Source: Pseudomonadota bacterium (GTDB lineage: Bacteria > Pseudomonadota > Gammaproteobacteria > Burkholderiales > Burkholderiaceae_C). From it: a stretch of 64,000 nucleotides of DNA. Shown here one piece after another: positions 60,525-64,000 of the stretch. The stretch covers positions 7,722-71,721 of the forward strand of contig JAJYTY010000001.1 of assembly GCA_021792835.1 (NCBI GenBank), read 5' to 3'. The notes below the pieces were generated by a model. That model saw only the letters and a list, made by a program, of their open reading frames with translations. It did no database searches and had not been told where the DNA came from. The position numbers and the translations under genes were made by a program. How positions within the stretch are numbered: the first letter of the stretch is position 1; the number at the start of each line of letters is the position of its first letter.

Positions 60525-62915
60525 TCAGAAGTCGGCGGAAAGGCCGGCGTAGAAAGTCCGCGGCGCACCCGGAATGGCCATCACGAACTGCGTGCTGGTC
60601 GATCCGTTGCCCACCCATTCGCCGTCATAGCTGACGAACTCGTTGGCGTTGTATTGCTTGTCCAGCGCGTTGAGCACGCCCAGTTGCAGGTGCAGACGGC
60701 GGAAGAAGGTGTCGTGCAGCGGCTTGGTCGCGTCCAGGCTCAGGTTCCACACGCCGTAGGCGGGCATCTTCTGGGTGCTGGGGCCGCCGCTCTGGTTGTT
60801 GGCGGCGTCGCTCCACATCGACTGCTCCCCGGTGTACTGGTAGCTCAGCGCCGGGTTCCACAGCACTCCGCCACGGTAGATCCTGTAGTCGACCCCGAAA
60901 TTGAAGGTGCGGTTGGGCACATACGAAACCGGCAACCCGGAGTAGCTGATTCCACCGGTGGTGTAGGAGTTGAAATCGGCCTTCTCGAAGTTCAGGTTCG
61001 CGAACACGCCCAGGTTGTAGAGCAGCTCGTCGGCCACCGCGATGTTGAATCCCTTGTACGTCGAATCCCCGTTGGCGTCGCTGACGTTGTTGGTGACAGG
61101 GTTCGTGAAGGTGATGTACTGGTTCGCGAAGTGGTTGTGGAAGTACGAGACCGACAGCAGGAAGTTGCGCAGGTACTCGGCGCGCGCGACGTGGATCTTG
61201 AATCCCAGGTTGTAGCCGCTGCTCTTCTCGAGGTTGTAGACCGGCTGCACGGTCTGGTAGAGCCCGCCGCCGCCACCGACCTGCGGTTCCTTGTACGCGA
61301 CCGCATAGTTGGCGAAGGTCGCCAGCCACGGCGTCGGGCGGTAGTTCAGGCTGATCGACGGCTCGATGTCGTGGTGGCTGGTCTGCGAACCAGGCAGCGA
61401 ACCCTGGTCCTTGCTCGGGTCGAGCTGGTAGGCGGTGGCGAAATCGGTCGCGCCGGCCGGCGAGTAGACGGTGGAGTAGTTGATCAGGCGAACCCCCGGC
61501 GTGATGTCGAGGTTGGACAGCGCGCTGATGCGGTCCTGCGCGAACATCGCCACGTCGGTCTGGTCGAAGTAGTCGCTGCGGTACTTCGCGTTGGGCACGT
61601 ACTGGCTGCCATAGACCGTCGTCGACGTTCCCACCAGGTCGGCCGGGTTGTAGAAGGCGTTGCGGGTGTTGTAGGTGCTCTTCAGGAAGAAGCCCCCGAC
61701 CGACACCAGGTTGTGCGGAAGGGCGATGTCGGCCCACATCCTGTCCCCGTACACGGTGGTGCTGGGGTTGTTGTGTTCGTACAGGTTGGCCGGGCTGCTC
61801 AGGCCATAGTTGTTGTAGTGGTCATGCACCCGTTCACCCAGACGGTACCAGGCGAGGTTGTGCAGCGTGGTCATGGAGTCCAGCGCCACGTTGAGCTTGC
61901 CGTACACCAGTCGGGTCTTGTTGGTGTCGTTCTTGTGCCAGATGTAGCCGGGAACCGTGCTGTAGAAGCCCGAGGTCTGCTGGCTGTAGACGGGGCTGCC
62001 GGCCGTGCCGGTGAGGGTCACGTCGGGCATCGCGGTGGTCGGAACCGCCATCGGCCGGTAGCCCGTGCCGCGCGCCTGGTACAGGCCGATCGAGAAGTCG
62101 CCGGCCTCGAAGTCCTTGCGGGTCTTCAGGAACACCGCGTAGTCCTGGCTTCGCGAGTTGAAGCCGTCGGTCGTGGTGCGGTAGCTGTCGGCCGAACTCG
62201 TGCCGCCCGCAAGCACCGTGGCCCAGCCGTCGTGCTTGCCGGTGTTGAGCAGGTAGTGCAGGCCGCGCGCGCTGTTGCTGCCCACGCTGAAGCCGATCGA
62301 GCCGCCTGCCTTGTTGCTCGGCTGCACCGGCACGAAGTCGATCTGTCCGCCGAGGTTGTTGTACCAGCGGTCCGCCGGCTCGCCCGGCCCGTAGGTGATG
62401 CCGACGCCGGAAATCAGGCTCATCTCCGGGATCTGCGACGAACTCCACAGTCCGCTCGACGGGTTGACCATCGGCACTCCGTCGAAAGTCACCGACAGGT
62501 CGCCGTTGTCGACCCCCGATGCTCCGGAGAAACCTCCCCAGCCCTGCTTGAAGCCGTTGATGGAGATGCTGCTCTTGGTGGCGCCGGTGGCGCCGGTGGC
62601 GCCGAAGCTCGTGACCTGCGCGCCGGGAGCGAAGGCGATGGCCTGCGCCGCGCCGCCGAACGGACCCACCGCCTTGATCTCGGCATGACCGATGACCTTG
62701 ACCGACTGGCCGGAGCGGAAGACATGCTTCGGCGAGAGCTTGCGTTGCTCGGGGGTCTTGCCGATGGGCGCCGAACCCTGCGCGCCGGCCTGGACGGTGC
62801 CGAGGTCGGTGGGGGCGCTCTGGGCGTACGCGGCCGGTGCCGCGCAGAGTGCGAGCAGCACGGCATGGGACAGCAACTTGCGGCGGAACGCGGGCGGCGT
62901 GGTGCGGTGATGCAT
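60525..62915 (-). CDS. TonB-dependent outer-membrane receptor (796 aa)
   Basis: Signal peptide, TonB-box-like DLGTVQA, plug with DG.P, beta-rich body, LNALDKQY and C-terminal FYAGLSADF (terminal Phe); GGAGG RBS. Confidence 0.93.
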   Translation of the reverse strand: MHHRTTPPAFRRKLLSHAVLLALCAAPAAYAQSAPTDLGTVQAGAQGSAPIGKTPEQRKLSPKHVFRSGQSVKVIGHAEIKAVGPFGGAAQAIAFAPGAQVTSFGATGATGATKSSISINGFKQGWGGFSGASGVDNGDLSVTFDGVPMVNPSSGLWSSSQIPEMSLISGVGITYGPGEPADRWYNNLGGQIDFVPVQPSNKAGGSIGFSVGSNSARGLHYLLNTGKHDGWATVLAGGTSSADSYRTTTDGFNSRSQDYAVFLKTRKDFEAGDFSIGLYQARGTGYRPMAVPTTAMPDVTLTGTAGSPVYSQQTSGFYSTVPGYIWHKNDTNKTRLVYGKLNVALDSMTTLHNLAWYRLGERVHDHYNNYGLSSPANLYEHNNPSTTVYGDRMWADIALPHNLVSVGGFFLKSTYNTRNAFYNPADLVGTSTTVYGSQYVPNAKYRSDYFDQTDVAMFAQDRISALSNLDITPGVRLINYSTVYSPAGATDFATAYQLDPSKDQGSLPGSQTSHHDIEPSISLNYRPTPWLATFANYAVAYKEPQVGGGGGLYQTVQPVYNLEKSSGYNLGFKIHVARAEYLRNFLLSVSYFHNHFANQYITFTNPVTNNVSDANGDSTYKGFNIAVADELLYNLGVFANLNFEKADFNSYTTGGISYSGLPVSYVPNRTFNFGVDYRIYRGGVLWNPALSYQYTGEQSMWSDAANNQSGGPSTQKMPAYGVWNLSLDATKPLHDTFFRRLHLQLGVLNALDKQYNANEFVSYDGEWVGNGSTSTQFVMAIPGAPRTFYAGLSADF

Positions 62916-63024
62916 GGATCCTCCGGGAGGCGATTCGATGGCGAGGCGCCCGCGGGCCGCCGTCGTCGAGTCGCGGCGGCTCCGGTGCGAGCGAAGGCTC
63001 CATTGCATCGGCCTCGTGTGATGA

Positions 63025-63043
63025 ACAGGTGTCGCAAACCTGT
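63025..63043. promoter_or_regulatory. Palindromic operator candidate upstream of the receptor operon
   Basis: ACAGGT-N7-ACCTGT perfect inverted repeat. Confidence 0.5.
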
Positions 63044-63075
63044 CCGTTTCCTCACCGAAGCGCCGGTGGTTGTGC

Positions 63076-63900
63076 TCAGATGTTTCCCTCTGGCTCGGCG
63101 CCAGGCAGGGCATTCGCTGGAGGCAGCCAGCGATATCCGCTGCCATGCACGGTCTGCAGCGGTCCGTCCAGGCCGTGTTCGCGCAGCGCGCGCCGCAGCT
63201 TGCCCACCGCGGTGTGCAAGGCCTGCGCGTCGGCGCGCGCCGGAATGTCCAGCGCCACGCGCAGGCTGGCCGCGTCCAGTACCCGTCCCGGGCGCTCGCA
63301 AAGGACCCAAAGCAGCCGGAACATCTGTGGAGACAGCGCAAGTGTTGCCGCGGGCAGCTGCAGTTGCCGGGTCGCCGCATGCAGCGCGCAGCCAGGGGCC
63401 GGGTACAGGCGGCCGGCGGGTGGCGGCGCCACTCGCTCGCGCAGGCGTGCGAGCTGCGCCTGCAGCAGCGGCGGCTCGATCGTGGCCGCGAGCACGACGT
63501 CGGCGCCGGCGCGCAGCGCCTGCAGGGCCACCGGCCCCGTCGGGTCGTCGGCGAGGCCCAGCAGCACCGCCTGCGACGAGCCGGGATGGTGGCGCACGCG
63601 CATGATCCAGTCGAGGGCGGCGCGCGCCTGGGCGGTGCAGCGCAACATCGCCGCCCACGAGCTGCCGTCGCCGAGCTGACTCAGTGCCGTCTCGGGGGTG
63701 GCGACCTGGGAATTGTCCAGCGGGCTCGGCGCCGGATCATCGAAGCCCACGTAGAGCACCGAATGCCGGGCCGGCGGCGCGCCGCAGCCCAGCAGAGCCA
63801 GCGCATGCCCGAGCGGCGCGCGCCATGCATGCGCGAGCACGCAGGCGAGCACGCGCGCGGGTTCGGTGAATTGCGAGGCCTGGCAGGGCGGCTGGAGCAT
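63076..63900 (-). CDS. OmpR/PhoB-type winged-helix regulator with a degenerate (pseudo-)receiver domain
   Basis: ALRAGADVVL receiver remnant; C-terminal LHTAVGKLRRAL...LQTVHGSGYRW resembles the PhoB DNA-binding domain. Start 63900 or 63933. Confidence 0.8.
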   Translation of the reverse strand: MLQPPCQASQFTEPARVLACVLAHAWRAPLGHALALLGCGAPPARHSVLYVGFDDPAPSPLDNSQVATPETALSQLGDGSSWAAMLRCTAQARAALDWIMRVRHHPGSSQAVLLGLADDPTGPVALQALRAGADVVLAATIEPPLLQAQLARLRERVAPPPAGRLYPAPGCALHAATRQLQLPAATLALSPQMFRLLWVLCERPGRVLDAASLRVALDIPARADAQALHTAVGKLRRALREHGLDGPLQTVHGSGYRWLPPANALPGAEPEGNI

Positions 63901-63944
63901 GTCGGCGCGGTGGGACGCCAAAAGCTCCAGCATCGGCGCGTCTC

Positions 63945-63962
63945 ATGACAGCATCATGAAAC
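63945..63962 (-). promoter_or_regulatory. Pho-box-like tandem repeat
   Basis: Minus strand GTTTCAT-GATG-CTGTCAT: two heptamers at 11-bp pitch, the second identical to the E. coli Pho half-site CTGTCAT. Confidence 0.55.
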
Positions 63963-64000
63963 GCCGGGGCGGCCCGTGGCCGCCCGGGGGAAAGGGGGGT

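Noticed and set aside
63025-63043. lux-box resemblance of ACAGGT/ACCTGT
   Set aside because: The half-sites are in the opposite order and spacing to the lux box (ACCTGT-N8-ACAGGT), and no LuxR/LuxI gene is nearby.
62916-63075. Riboswitch (cobalamin/TPP) or Fur box in the TonB-receptor leader
   Set aside because: GC-rich stems are present but no conserved B12-box, TPP core or GATAATGAT-type motif was seen.

Overview
A GC-rich bacterial chromosomal window. The core gene set and synteny (hemE-priA, mltA-apaG-rpe-trpE, DUF3579) suggest a Burkholderiales betaproteobacterium, possibly Thiomonas-like (inference). (1) 1-17 kb: a [NiFe]-hydrogenase island. The 5' end of a Tat-exported small subunit carrying the O2-tolerance CTCC motif is transcribed divergently from hupD-F-G-H-I-J-K-hypAB-hupR-hupT-hupUV-hypF-hypC-(gmhA-like)-hypDE, with back-to-back sigma54 promoters and an IHF site. 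(2) 17-24.7 kb: a lower-GC accessory patch. It holds IS relics, a heme-c/globin GGDEF-EAL protein, toxin-antitoxin genes and relics, and an orphan secreted-protein gene bracketed by two collinear ~120-140 bp multi-subsite direct repeats. (3) 24.7-38 kb: egtBD, a PAP2 protein, a second globin GGDEF-EAL paralogue, an EamA transporter, malate synthase and a Zn/Mn ABC transporter. (4) 38-54 kb: housekeeping genes, with a probable replication origin between hemE and priA. (5) 53.7-64 kb: a TonB-dependent receptor/ExbBD-TonB/ABC/COG4280 import cluster, preceded by a PhoB-like pseudo-response regulator that has a Pho-box-like site. No rRNA, tRNA or CRISPR array was recognised. All calls are by eye from motifs and the ORF track; no database searches were run.
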